Shown here in pieces: positions 12,723-22,644 of a stretch of 64,000 nucleotides of DNA. A program made the position numbers and the translations under genes. The notes under the pieces were generated by a model. That model saw nothing but the letters and a program-made list of their open reading frames with translations. It did not search any database and had not been told where the DNA came from. This stretch comes from Thermoanaerobaculia bacterium (GTDB taxonomy: Bacteria > Acidobacteriota > Thermoanaerobaculia > UBA5066), in NCBI GenBank assembly GCA_038245905.1, contig JBBRRY010000002.1:181606-245605 (forward strand), read 5' to 3'. How positions within the stretch are numbered: position 1 is the first letter of the stretch; every line of letters starts with the position of its first letter.

Positions 12723-14767
12723 GGACGACCCGGACCTTCAGAGTCTCGGGCCTCGTCCTCCTCGCGGGAGCGTTGCTCTGCGCCGTGCCGGCGGTCCGCC
12801 CCGTAGGAATCTTCGCCCTCGTGTGCAGCGTGCCCGTGTTCGCTGTCAGCGCGACCCGGCATCTCCTGCGCGGCCTCCTGTGGCGCGTCGGGAGCCGGCT
12901 TCTCGTCTCGTACCTCCTCCTCGTCTCGGCGGTCGTCTTCGCGGCTTTCTTCGTCGGTGCGGCCGTTCTCGTCATTGCGGGCCAGCTCGGGACGCGCCGC
13001 GTCGAGACCGCGCTCGGGAAGCGACGCGCCACCCTCGCGGAGCTTGCGCACGATCTCGCGCCGCGGATCGAGACGGCGCACGATTCGGCCGCGCGGGCGC
13101 GAGCGTTCACCGAGGCGGCGGTCTCGTCGCCGTTACCGGCAGAGATCGGGATGGTCTGGCAGCCTAAAGGCGGGGCCGTCGAGAGGGCCGGCGCCGCGAT
13201 TGCCCCGAACCTCGCGCCGCGGCCGTGGATGACGTCGCGCGCGACCGTCCTCGCGAAGTGGTCCGATCAGGTCTTCGCGGCAGCGATCGAGCCGCGCTCC
13301 GCCGGCACGCTCGTTCTCACGCTAGGCCTCCATTCGGCGCTCCGCCGCGAGCTCGAGAAGGATACCGGCAACATCATTCGCTTCCGCGGCGCGGTCACGG
13401 TGAAGGAACTCCCAGCGGACACGCCCAAGGGCGGCGTGCATATCACGCTCGATACGGGCGAGAAGGGCAAGACGACGAGCGTCACAGGTGCACCCGACTC
13501 CGGCGGTGAGCAGGCGGCGTCCGGCGAGACGGCGGCACCGCCCGCCGGCTCGGGCCCCTGGTCCGGGCGCTGGACCGCGTTCCCACTCTTCCTGTCCGAG
13601 CCGGTCCTCGACTGGGAGACGGGCCAGCTGCTCGAAGGGCGGCCCATCCTCATCCTGGTGAGGACCTCTCTCGACCGGGAAGCGCACGCGCTCTTCGGGG
13701 ACCTCAGGATCGCGGGCTCCCAGCGACTCCAGATGAGCCGCGTCGTCCTCGCCGTGATGGGCTCTCTCGGCTTCGCGACGATCCTCGTCTTCTTCGGTGC
13801 GTCTCTCCTCGCCGCCCTCCTCGTCTACCGGATCGCACGGGCGACGCGGCGGCTCTCGCTCGGCTTCACGGAGATCGAGAAAGGCAACTTTGCGCACCGC
13901 ATCGTCTTCAAGGGTCACGACCAGCTCGCGGCCCTCGTCGCGAGCTTCAACGCGATGGCGGTGCATCTCGGCGCGAGCGTCGAGGAAAAAGCCGAAAAGG
14001 AGGCTCTCGAGCACGAGCTGTCCGTCGCGCGCGACCTCCAGCGGCGCCTCCTCCCGCCCGCCGACTTCGCGTGCCCGGGCGTCGAGATCGCGGTCGACTT
14101 CGCGCCCGCGGCCGCGATCGGCGGCGACTTCTACGACCTGTCGTACGCCGAACGCGTCCTGACGGTTTCCGTGGCCGACGTGTCGGGCCACGGGCTCCCG
14201 ACGGGGCTCGTGATGGCCGCCGCGAAGGCGTCTCTCGGCATGCTGGCCCGCACGGGCTCGGAAGGCGTCCGGCTCATGGAGCTGCTGCACGAGGAGATCG
14301 TCCGGACGACCGAACGCCGGACCTTCGTCACGCTCGCGCACCTCGTGTTCGACCTCGCGAAAGGGACCGTCTCCTATACGAACGCCGGGCATCCGTATCC
14401 CTACCGCGTGCGGAAGGACGGAACCGCTCAGGCCCTCGTGAATCCCGCGCGGCCCCTCGGCCTCCATCTTTCGGGCGGGTGGCACACCGTCATCGAGCCG
14501 CTCACCGCGGGCGATTGCTGGGTGGTTTTCTCGGACGGGCTCATCGAGGCAACGCGCGGAAAGGCCGACGGATCCGATGGATCCGACGAATCCTGGGGCT
14601 TTGAGCGCCTCGAAGAGGTGTTGCGCGCGGGCCCTTTCGAAAGCGCCGCCGCGCTGAAGGTCCGCATCCTGGATGCGCAGCGCGCGTTTACGCAGAAGAC
14701 GGACACCGAGGACGACCGGACGCTTCTCGTCCTCCGGATCGACGGCGCCGTCAGCGCCGAAGCGTGA
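12719..14767 (+). CDS. membrane-bound HAMP plus PP2C/SpoIIE (RsbU-like) protein phosphatase
   Basis: TM segments, HAMP (DQLAALVASFNAM), ARDLQRRLLP, IGGDFYD, DVSGHG, NAGHP, SDGLIEA, DDRT; ATGA overlap with mscS. Confidence 0.88.
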   Translation: MRTTRTFRVSGLVLLAGALLCAVPAVRPVGIFALVCSVPVFAVSATRHLLRGLLWRVGSRLLVSYLLLVSAVVFAAFFVGAAVLVIAGQLGTRRVETALGKRRATLAELAHDLAPRIETAHDSAARARAFTEAAVSSPLPAEIGMVWQPKGGAVERAGAAIAPNLAPRPWMTSRATVLAKWSDQVFAAAIEPRSAGTLVLTLGLHSALRRELEKDTGNIIRFRGAVTVKELPADTPKGGVHITLDTGEKGKTTSVTGAPDSGGEQAASGETAAPPAGSGPWSGRWTAFPLFLSEPVLDWETGQLLEGRPILILVRTSLDREAHALFGDLRIAGSQRLQMSRVVLAVMGSLGFATILVFFGASLLAALLVYRIARATRRLSLGFTEIEKGNFAHRIVFKGHDQLAALVASFNAMAVHLGASVEEKAEKEALEHELSVARDLQRRLLPPADFACPGVEIAVDFAPAAAIGGDFYDLSYAERVLTVSVADVSGHGLPTGLVMAAAKASLGMLARTGSEGVRLMELLHEEIVRTTERRTFVTLAHLVFDLAKGTVSYTNAGHPYPYRVRKDGTAQALVNPARPLGLHLSGGWHTVIEPLTAGDCWVVFSDGLIEATRGKADGSDGSDESWGFERLEEVLRAGPFESAAALKVRILDAQRAFTQKTDTEDDRTLLVLRIDGAVSAEA

Positions 14768-16244
14768 ACGCGCGCGTGAAACCGTCCGACGTGTCCGTCA
14801 CGGTCACCGACACGGCACCCTCACTGCCAAGCGCGTAGGTCTCCACGACCTCCGGGCCGTTCGCCCGGCGCACGATCGACGCCCGCTCCAGCTGCGCCTC
14901 CCGGAGTCCGGACTCGAACGGCACGAAGACCTCGTCCCATGGCGTCACGTCTCCGTCGGGCCGCCCGCCGGTGAGGCGCGTGCACTCGAGGAAACGGAAA
15001 TGGCCCACGTTGTGAGCGGCGCGATAGCGGCGCACGACCGTCACGGGAGCCGCCCCCGCTTCCGGAAGCGAAGTGTCCTTCGGAAAAATCGGGTCGAAGA
15101 CGACGTCCGTGCCCGCATCGCTCTCGCGGAATACGCCGAAGTGGCGGGACAGCTTGTCCGAAAGCGTCCAGCCCGCCTCCCGGTCGAGGAACACGGCGAG
15201 CCCCATCGCCGTCGCGGCGAAAGGATGCGGCGACCGGCGGACCCGCTTCTCGCCGAAGCGCTCCTTGAGGACGCGCGTCACGAGCGGGAAGAGGGCTCCG
15301 CCCCCCACGACGTACACCCCCGCTACGTCGCTCCAGAGGATCGCGCCGCTTTCCGAGCCCGCGAGAAGGGGCTCGACAGCCTCCAGCGAGCGCTGCACGA
15401 GCGGCGCGCACGCCGCGTAGATCTCGTCGACGGGGAGGACGAGCGGCTCCTTGCCAATCGCTCCGAGATCCACGAGAACGCGCCGCGTGTTCGGGCTGAG
15501 GCTCTCCTTCTGACGCACGCACTCCTCGAGAACGAGGGCCCTCTCTTCGCCGGCAAGCGTGCCGGTGGACGCCCGCTCGAGGACGAGGCCGAGGATCGCC
15601 TCGTCAAAATCGTCGCCCCCGAGCCGCCGCACGCCGTTTGTCGTCACGACCTCGTTCGTCTTCCCCGTCATCCGGAGCAGTGAGGCGTCGAACGTGCCTC
15701 CGCCGAGGTCGTAGACGACGAGGTGCTCTCGCTTCGGGTCGAGGCGCCGGTAGCGATGCGCGTACTCGAAGCCCGCCGCCGAGGGCTCGTTGAGGAGGGC
15801 CTCCACCGCGAAGCCGCCGGCCTTGAACGCTTCGAGCGTGAGAAACCGCTGGGCCGTCGTGGCGTTCGCCGGAACCGAAACGGCGGCCGTGAGCGCCTCG
15901 TCCGCCGTCAACCCCGCGTTCGAGGCTTCGACGAGCTCGCGGTGGAGCGCGGAGAAGAATCCCGAGAGGAGCGAGCCGAGAGGGAGGCGCCAGCGGCCGA
16001 TCGAAAGCTCCGTCTCGGGGCCGGCCCCGTCGAGAAGCCGCTTGAGCGAGCGGATGAGGGTCCAGCCGGGCTCGTGCCGTACCGCGAAGGCGTCCCATCC
16101 GTAGCGTCTCTCGCCGGTCGCCTCCTCGACGGCGACGAGCGACGGGACGAAGTCGCCTCCCTCGAAGGACACGACGGGCGTGTTCCCGCGGTCCACGAGG
16201 GCGACGACCGTGTGCGTCGTACCGAAGTCGATGCCGATCCTCAC
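14751..16244 (-). CDS. Hsp70-family (DnaK-like ATPase) protein, short form
   Basis: IGIDFGTT, LNEPSAA, YDLGGGTFDAS, LGGDDFD, VVGGG; 497 aa with divergent C-terminal domain. Confidence 0.87.
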   Translation of the reverse strand: MRIGIDFGTTHTVVALVDRGNTPVVSFEGGDFVPSLVAVEEATGERRYGWDAFAVRHEPGWTLIRSLKRLLDGAGPETELSIGRWRLPLGSLLSGFFSALHRELVEASNAGLTADEALTAAVSVPANATTAQRFLTLEAFKAGGFAVEALLNEPSAAGFEYAHRYRRLDPKREHLVVYDLGGGTFDASLLRMTGKTNEVVTTNGVRRLGGDDFDEAILGLVLERASTGTLAGEERALVLEECVRQKESLSPNTRRVLVDLGAIGKEPLVLPVDEIYAACAPLVQRSLEAVEPLLAGSESGAILWSDVAGVYVVGGGALFPLVTRVLKERFGEKRVRRSPHPFAATAMGLAVFLDREAGWTLSDKLSRHFGVFRESDAGTDVVFDPIFPKDTSLPEAGAAPVTVVRRYRAAHNVGHFRFLECTRLTGGRPDGDVTPWDEVFVPFESGLREAQLERASIVRRANGPEVVETYALGSEGAVSVTVTDTSDGFTRAFTLRR

Positions 16245-16271
16245 CGCGTTAGTTTAGTTAAAATGACTTTC

Positions 16272-18395
16272 ATGACGATCTCACGTGCTCTTGTCGCTGT
16301 TGCGTCGTGCGCCCTCGCGCTTCCGGCCTCGCTCCCCGCCCAGGCCCAGCCGAAGCCCGCGGTGGCCGCGACGATGGTCGTCTCGGCCACGAAGAGGCCC
16401 GAGGACCCGCTGGAGATCGCCGCCCCGGTCTCGGTCGTTTCGGGGGACGAGCTGCGCAGGCGCGGCGCGAAGACCGTCGCGGACGCGCTTCAGGACGTCG
16501 CGGGCCTCGACACGGGGAGCGGCTCGGACAACGGCAACCGGCTCGCGAACATCGGGGTCTGGGGCCTGAAGGAATTCGACGCGCTCCTCGTCACGGTGGA
16601 CGGCGTTCCGGTGGGCGGGCCTTTCAACCCGTCGCTCGCCCAGATCTCGGTCGAGGACATCGACCGGATCGAGATCGTGAAGGGGCCGCAAGGCACGCTC
16701 TACGGCGTCTCGGCCTTCGCCGGAATGATCCAGGTCTTCACGCGGCATCCGAAGGAAGCCGGCGGGTCCCTCACGCTCGGCGGCGGTTCCTTCTCGGACA
16801 AGCACGGCAACCTCTCGTATGTGGCCGCGAGCGGCGACCAGACGATCCACCTCTTCGGCTCGATGGGACGGAGCAGAGGCTGGCAGGACGGGACGGACGC
16901 CTCATCGGACCGGCTCTCTCTCGGCTTCAGCCAGCGAACGAAAGAGGGCTCGGTCGACGTGACCGCGACCGTTCTTCGCGACACGAACTATTTCGGCTCG
17001 CCGCTTCCCGTCGACGGCGGGCAGAGAGCGCCCGGGTTCGAGATCGACCGGAACTATGCGATTGGCGGCGGACGGCTCGATCACCGCTTGTATTCGCTCT
17101 CGTCCACCGTGTCGCAGCCGCTGTCGGCGACCGTCCGCCTCGAAAACACCATGGGCCTCACGCGCGACGAGCAGATCTCCGTGCGCTCCTTCATCAACGC
17201 GGCTGACGTCACGAGCGCCACGGCGACCGGCACGTCCCTGACGCCTCTCGAGACGACGCTCTTCGACGACGCCCGAATCGTCGCCGACCTCACGGCCGCG
17301 GGTCGCCACCGCCTCGTGGCCGGAATCGCGTACACCTCGGGCAAGACGACCCTCGAGGGGACCGGCTTCGACTTCTCGCTCCTCACGGGACCGCATCCCG
17401 TGGTGCCGACTCTCGACGCGGTCCCCGTGGGCGACCACCGCTCCGCCGAGGACAGCCGGACGTTCTGGGGCTTCTACGTGAACGACGCGTGGACACCATG
17501 GAAGGCCCTGACGCTCACGTTCGGGGCCCGATACGACCGCACCTCCGAGTCTCTCGACGCGACGGTCGCCGAGGTCGGCGCGCCCGCGCCGGACATCGCG
17601 GCGGACAGCCGGACGGACGGGAAGTGGTCGGGCGGCGTCGCCGCGATGGTCCGAATCGTCGACAAGCCGCGCGCCTCCGTGCTCGACGCCTTGAACGTCT
17701 ATGTCTCTCTCAAGAGCAACTTCAAGCCCGCGGCCCCGAACATCCTCGAGGCCGAGAGCGCGCGCATCCTCGAGCCGGAAAGGACCCGCTCGAGCGAGAT
17801 CGGCTTCAAGACGCGGTGGGCGCGCGGCACGTTGTCTTTCGACGTCACGTTCTTCCACATGAACTTCGAGAACCTCGTCGTTTCGACGGCGGGTCCCAAC
17901 GGTGGGCCATTCCTCACGAATGCCGGTGAAGAGAGGTTCCAGGGCATGGACGCCGAGCTCGGCTGGGCGCTTCCGAAGTTCGAGGGCTGGTCGCTGGCGG
18001 CGGGCTACGGCCACCACGACGCCACGTACGTGAGCTTCTCGTTCCTCACCCCCGACGGCGAGCTCCGCGTCGTGGATGGCAAGCGGCTGGAGCTCGTGCC
18101 GCGGGATCTCTGGAACGCACGCGTCTCGTATGCCCCGAAAACGGGACCCGGTCTATGGGGCGCCGTGCGGCATCAGAACATCCGGCCGCTCACGCGGAGG
18201 AACACGTTCTACACGGACTCTTTCTACGAGTGGGACGCCGGAGCGTCGTGGGAGTTCTCGTGGGGGCGCGTTTCGCTCGTCGGCCGCAACCTCGGCGACG
18301 ACCGCCACTACACGTCCGACAGCGAGATCGGCGACAGCCAGTTCTACGTCGCGCCGCCGCGGCGGTTCCTGGGAGAAATCACGCTGAAGTTCTAA
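16272..18395 (+). CDS. TonB-dependent receptor
   Basis: signal peptide, MVVSATKR TonB-box region, DIDRIEIVKGPQGTLYG plug motif, C-terminal GRNL...ITLKF; alternative ATG at 16263. Confidence 0.9.
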   Translation: MTISRALVAVASCALALPASLPAQAQPKPAVAATMVVSATKRPEDPLEIAAPVSVVSGDELRRRGAKTVADALQDVAGLDTGSGSDNGNRLANIGVWGLKEFDALLVTVDGVPVGGPFNPSLAQISVEDIDRIEIVKGPQGTLYGVSAFAGMIQVFTRHPKEAGGSLTLGGGSFSDKHGNLSYVAASGDQTIHLFGSMGRSRGWQDGTDASSDRLSLGFSQRTKEGSVDVTATVLRDTNYFGSPLPVDGGQRAPGFEIDRNYAIGGGRLDHRLYSLSSTVSQPLSATVRLENTMGLTRDEQISVRSFINAADVTSATATGTSLTPLETTLFDDARIVADLTAAGRHRLVAGIAYTSGKTTLEGTGFDFSLLTGPHPVVPTLDAVPVGDHRSAEDSRTFWGFYVNDAWTPWKALTLTFGARYDRTSESLDATVAEVGAPAPDIAADSRTDGKWSGGVAAMVRIVDKPRASVLDALNVYVSLKSNFKPAAPNILEAESARILEPERTRSSEIGFKTRWARGTLSFDVTFFHMNFENLVVSTAGPNGGPFLTNAGEERFQGMDAELGWALPKFEGWSLAAGYGHHDATYVSFSFLTPDGELRVVDGKRLELVPRDLWNARVSYAPKTGPGLWGAVRHQNIRPLTRRNTFYTDSFYEWDAGASWEFSWGRVSLVGRNLGDDRHYTSDSEIGDSQFYVAPPRRFLGEITLKF

Positions 18396-18526
18396 GGCTT
18401 TGGCTCGGGCCCGCGAGAACGCGTCATCTCGACGCCGGACGCGACGAGGCTCGCGGGTGCGATGCGTCTCATGGGAATGAATCTTAGCTCGGGCGCGTTA
18501 GGATGGACGTTCGAGAGGAGATCCAG

Positions 18527-19249
18527 ATGCCCACCGAGCTGCCCCCGAGGTCCTTCGATTCCCCCCAGCCGATCAGCCCGTCGGCGGCCGTCGCGATTCC
18601 CACGTTCCTCGCGCGCGTCTACGCGTGGATGGCCGCGGGTCTCATGACGACGGCCCTCGCCGCTTTCCTGACCGTCTCGAACCCGGTGATCTTCAACGCC
18701 GTCTTCGGAAACCGCCTCGTGTTCTATGGCCTCCTCTTCGCCGAGCTCGGCCTCGTCGTATGGCTGTCCGGCCTCGTCGGAAAACTCTCGTCGGGCGCGG
18801 CCTCGGCCGTGTTCCTCTTCTACTCCGCCCTGAACGGCTTGACGATGGCGAGCATCTTCGCCATCTACACGGGCTCCTCCATCGCGTCGACGTTCGCGGT
18901 CGCGGGCGGCACGTTCGCGGCCATGAGCGTCTTCGGGCTCGTGACGAAGCGCTCCCTCGACGGGCTCGGCTCCTTCGCGTCCATGGGCCTCATCGGTGTT
19001 CTCCTCGCGATGGTCGTGAACTTCTTCCTGAAGTCCAGCATGCTTCAGTTCGTTGTTTCCTGTGTTGGCGTGATCGTGTTCGTCGCGCTCACCGCGTACG
19101 ACACGCGGAAGCTCAAGATGATGGCGGCGACGGTCGATGCCGCATCCGAAGAGGGCCGCCGTGGTGCGATCTCCGGCGCGCTCGCGCTCTACCTGGACTT
19201 CATCAACCTGTTCCTCATGATGCTCCGGCTGGTCGGAAACAGAAGGTAA
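18527..19249 (+). CDS. Bax inhibitor-1/YccA family membrane protein
   Basis: FLARVYAWM, TAYDTRKLK, GALALYLDFINLFL; GAGAGGAG RBS. Confidence 0.92.
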   Translation: MPTELPPRSFDSPQPISPSAAVAIPTFLARVYAWMAAGLMTTALAAFLTVSNPVIFNAVFGNRLVFYGLLFAELGLVVWLSGLVGKLSSGAASAVFLFYSALNGLTMASIFAIYTGSSIASTFAVAGGTFAAMSVFGLVTKRSLDGLGSFASMGLIGVLLAMVVNFFLKSSMLQFVVSCVGVIVFVALTAYDTRKLKMMAATVDAASEEGRRGAISGALALYLDFINLFLMMLRLVGNRR

Positions 19250-19295
19250 GCCCATCCCCGAGCCCGGAACGTTCGACTCGTTCCTCGCGTGGGCG

Positions 19296-19532
19296 GTGTC
19301 CGTCGTTGGAATCGCCACGGGCGCGGCCTATGTTCCTCAGGCCGCGCGCATCTGGCGGCGCAAGAGCTCCGAGGACGTCTCCGTGCTCACATACGCGATG
19401 TTCCTGGGCGGGCAAGTCATCTACCTCGTCTACGGAATCCGCTTCCACCAGACCCCGATCGTGATCGGTATGGCGGCGAACATCGCGGGGAGCCTCGCCG
19501 TCATCGGGGCCGCGCTCAAGTTCCGGGCGTGA
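19296..19532 (+). CDS. SemiSWEET/PQ-loop family small transporter
   Basis: VPQAARIWRRKSSEDVS PQ-loop, three TM helices, YG..PIVIG.AN; start uncertain. Confidence 0.75.
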   Translation: MSVVGIATGAAYVPQAARIWRRKSSEDVSVLTYAMFLGGQVIYLVYGIRFHQTPIVIGMAANIAGSLAVIGAALKFRA

Positions 19533-20269
19533 CGTTTCAGCTGCTTCCCCAGCCTCCTGGCTCGGCGGCGTATCTCGCCGTCGACAAACGGCCCGGAATC
19601 GCGGTGCACGGCCCGGGCGGCCTGCTCGGCGCGTTGCGCGAGGAGTTCGGAACAGACCTCGCGCTCGTCCACCGCCTCGACAAGGAGACGTCGGGCGTCC
19701 TCCTCCTCGCGCGGAACGTAGAGGCGCTTCGTGCCGCGCACGCCGCATGGCCGACGAGCGTCGTGAAGACCTACCTCGCCGTCACACGGGGCGTCCCCAC
19801 TCCTCCCGAGGGGTGCGTGGATGCTCCGCTTCTCGAGCACCGCACCTCGCGGCCGGACCTCCTGAAGCGCGCCGTCAAGGCGGCCTACGGCCCTTCGCGG
19901 GCGGGACACCTCCTCTCGGGCCGCCGCGTTCTCGCGATCCAGCCCCTGCCTCCGCCCGGACGAACCGCCGTTCATCCTGCGGGCCGACAAGCCGTGACGC
20001 GCTATCGCGTACTCGAGGACCGAGGCGCCACCGCGCTCGTGGAGCTCGTGCCGGAGACGGGCCGCATGCACCAGCTCCGCATTCATCTCTTGCACCTCGG
20101 CACGCCGCTCCTCGGGGACCCCGCCTATGACCCTGGGCGCGCCGACGGCGATCCTCCCCCGCAGCTGCACGCGGCGCGCCTCGTCTGGACGGATCCTCCC
20201 GGCATGCCTCCGGACACCTCGTGGGTCTGGGAGGCGCCGCGCCCCCGCGAGGCCGTTCCTAGGCCATGA
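19529..20269 (+). CDS. RluA family pseudouridine synthase
   Basis: VDKRPG, HRLDKETSG, KTYLA, ETGRMHQLRIH, PLLGDPAY, LHA motifs; GTGA overlap with the upstream gene. Confidence 0.9.
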   Translation: MTFQLLPQPPGSAAYLAVDKRPGIAVHGPGGLLGALREEFGTDLALVHRLDKETSGVLLLARNVEALRAAHAAWPTSVVKTYLAVTRGVPTPPEGCVDAPLLEHRTSRPDLLKRAVKAAYGPSRAGHLLSGRRVLAIQPLPPPGRTAVHPAGRQAVTRYRVLEDRGATALVELVPETGRMHQLRIHLLHLGTPLLGDPAYDPGRADGDPPPQLHAARLVWTDPPGMPPDTSWVWEAPRPREAVPRP

Positions 20270-20276
20270 TGCGGGC

Positions 20277-21095
20277 GTGACCGGGCCGACGCTTCCTCCC
20301 GAGACGCTCGCCGCGCTCTCCGCGCTCACGGGCGAGCGGCCGCTGGTCGTCTTCGACCTCGAGACGACGGGAGCCGACCGGCTGACGGACCGGATCGTCG
20401 AGATCGCGGCCGTGCGATTCGGCCCCGGCGGCGCCATTGCCGTGTGGGAATCCCGTGTGAACCCCGGCGTGAAGATCCCCCGGGAGTCTACGCGCGTCCA
20501 CGGCATCGGGGACGCCGACGTGGCGGGCGCGCCGTCGTTCCCCGAGATCGCGGGGCAGATCCTGGAGTTCTTCGGCGACGCCGACCTCGCGGGATACAAC
20601 GTGCGCTCCTTCGACATCCCTGTGCTCCTCCGTGAGTTCGCGCTCGCTAACCTCGCCTTCTCGATCGAGAGCCGCCGCGTCGTCGACATGCAGACGATTT
20701 ACTTCAAGAAGGAGCCACGTGATCTCTCGGCGGCGGTCCGCTTTTTTGCCGGGCGCGAGCACGCGGGCGCGCACGCGGCGCTCACGGACGTCCTTGCGTC
20801 CGCCGAAGTACTTGCGGGCCAGCTCCGGCGCTACCCGGACCTTCCGCGCGACGTCGCGGCGCTGCACGAGATTTCGCGGCCGCCCGAGGGCCGCTTCGCC
20901 GATCCCGACAAGCGCTTCCTCTGGCGGGACGGCGAGATCGTGTTCGCCTTCAGCGAGCACCGCGGAAAGACGCTGGCCGAAGTTGCCGAGAAGCACCCGG
21001 GCTTCCTCGACTGGATGATCACGAAGAGCTTCTCCGAGGAGTCCAAGCAGATCGCGCGCGACGCCCGAAAGGGCGTCTTCCCCCGAAAGGAATGA
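20277..21095 (+). CDS. DEDDh 3'-5' exonuclease (DnaQ-like)
   Basis: FDLETTG, DRIVEIA, VHGI, GYNVRSFD, AHAALTDV. Confidence 0.9.
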   Translation: MTGPTLPPETLAALSALTGERPLVVFDLETTGADRLTDRIVEIAAVRFGPGGAIAVWESRVNPGVKIPRESTRVHGIGDADVAGAPSFPEIAGQILEFFGDADLAGYNVRSFDIPVLLREFALANLAFSIESRRVVDMQTIYFKKEPRDLSAAVRFFAGREHAGAHAALTDVLASAEVLAGQLRRYPDLPRDVAALHEISRPPEGRFADPDKRFLWRDGEIVFAFSEHRGKTLAEVAEKHPGFLDWMITKSFSEESKQIARDARKGVFPRKE

Positions 21096-21394
21096 GCGAG
21101 CCTCGGCCGCGCGGCCTCGCGAGGCGGCGGAGCCGGACGGCGCGGATCGCCCTCCTCACTCTCGGGTGGGTTCTCCTCGTGCTCGGCTTGATCGGCGGCC
21201 TTCTTCCCGTGATTCAGGGCTGGCCATTCGGCGTCGCGGGCGCCGCGATCCTCTACGTCGAGAGCCGATGGGTGCAGCGCAAGGTTCGCCGCTTCCGGCA
21301 GCGAAACCCGAAGTTCGAGCGCACCTGGCTCAAGGCGCGCGGGTGGCTGCGCGAGCGGCGGCGGAAAAAGGCAAAGGCGCAGGCCGTCCCCTGA
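21092..21394 (+). CDS. small membrane protein (PGPGW/DUF454-like)
   Basis: hydrophobic hairpin GWVLLVLGLIGGLLPVIQGW followed by a basic tail; ATGA overlap. Confidence 0.65.
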   Translation: MSEPRPRGLARRRSRTARIALLTLGWVLLVLGLIGGLLPVIQGWPFGVAGAAILYVESRWVQRKVRRFRQRNPKFERTWLKARGWLRERRRKKAKAQAVP

Positions 21395-21413
21395 CGACCC
21401 GCGCCGTTTTCCA

Positions 21414-22625
21414 TCAGTCCATTTGACGACGCAAGAACGTCGGAATGTCGAAGATGTCCTCGCGCGGGTCGCGCATGTTGATGAGGTTGACTCCGTAGCC
21501 GTGGTCTTCCGGAGACGGCACGTCGGGCGCGGTGCGCGCACGCTCGCGGTCCCTTTCTCCGCGATCCACCACTTGACGGGCACCGCTCGGCGTCACCGGC
21601 AGCGAGACCTCGCGGCGCGAGGCGAGCGCCGCGGGCGCGTCGAATCCCGTCGCAATGACGCTGATCTTGACCTCGTCCTTCATGTCCTTGTCCATGACGA
21701 GTCCGAAGATGACGTTTGCTTCCTCGTCGGCTGCCGCCTGGATGATCGCGCAGGCCTCGTTCACCTCGGCGAGCGTCAGATCCTCTCCCCCGGTCACGTT
21801 GATGAGGATCGCGCGGGCGCCCTGGATGGACTGCTCTTCGAGGAGCGGGTTCGAGATCGCGCGCTGCGCTGCCTCGACCGCGCGGTGCTCGCCGGACGCG
21901 GTACCCGTGCCCATGAGGGCCATACCCATGTTCTCCATGACGGTCTTCACGTCGGCGAAGTCGAGGTTCACGACGCCGGGGACGGTGATGAGGTCGCTGA
22001 TGCCCTGAACAGCCTGCCGGAGGACGTCGTCCGCGATGCGGAAGGCCTCCCACGTCGTCACGTTGCGGTCCACGAACGAATAGAGGCGCTCGTTCGGGAT
22101 CGTGATGAGCGTGTCGACGTACTCGCGGAGCTCGGCGATGCCGTCCTCGGCGTAGCGCAGCTTGCGCCGGCCCTCGAAGGAGAAGGGCTTCGACACGATG
22201 GCGACGACGAGCGCACCCGCCTCGGACGCGAGCCGCGCCACGACCGGGGCCGCGCCGGTGCCCGTTCCGCCGCCCATCCCGGCCGTCACGAAGACCATGT
22301 CCGAGCCCGCGAGAACCTGCGTGATCCTCTCGGCATCCTCGAGCGCGGCGTTGCGTCCGACGTCGGGGTTCGACCCCGCGCCCATGCCGCGCGACGTCGT
22401 CAGCCCGAGCTGGAGCTTCGTCGCGGCGCGATTGACGCGCAGCACCTGGAGGTCCGTGTTCGCGGCCACGAAGTCGATCCCCTTGATGCCAGCCTGGATC
22501 ATCCGGTTGACGGCATTGCCACCGCCCCCGCCGACGCCCACGACCTTGATCTTCGCGGGCGGAGAAGCGTCGTCGTTCAGGGAGATGGAAAGCGACGCGC
22601 GGGGCTCGTCGTCGAAAAGGATCAT
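21414..22625 (-). CDS. ftsZ: cell division protein FtsZ
   Basis: [30 protein letters not shown]-terminal [11 protein letters not shown]; GGAGG RBS. Confidence 0.97.
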   Translation of the reverse strand: MILFDDEPRASLSISLNDDASPPAKIKVVGVGGGGGNAVNRMIQAGIKGIDFVAANTDLQVLRVNRAATKLQLGLTTSRGMGAGSNPDVGRNAALEDAERITQVLAGSDMVFVTAGMGGGTGTGAAPVVARLASEAGALVVAIVSKPFSFEGRRKLRYAEDGIAELREYVDTLITIPNERLYSFVDRNVTTWEAFRIADDVLRQAVQGISDLITVPGVVNLDFADVKTVMENMGMALMGTGTASGEHRAVEAAQRAISNPLLEEQSIQGARAILINVTGGEDLTLAEVNEACAIIQAAADEEANVIFGLVMDKDMKDEVKISVIATGFDAPAALASRREVSLPVTPSGARQVVDRGERDRERARTAPDVPSPEDHGYGVNLINMRDPREDIFDIPTFLRRQMD

Positions 22626-22644
22626 CTTCTTTCCTCCATCGATA

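Noticed and set aside
11279-14767. Apparent long N-terminal extensions in the ORF track (1162-aa phosphatase, 944-aa MurD, 753-aa malic enzyme, 672-aa FtsW)
   Set aside because: Artefacts of taking the first possible start; real starts are fixed by RBS or stop/start overlaps, so these are not fusions
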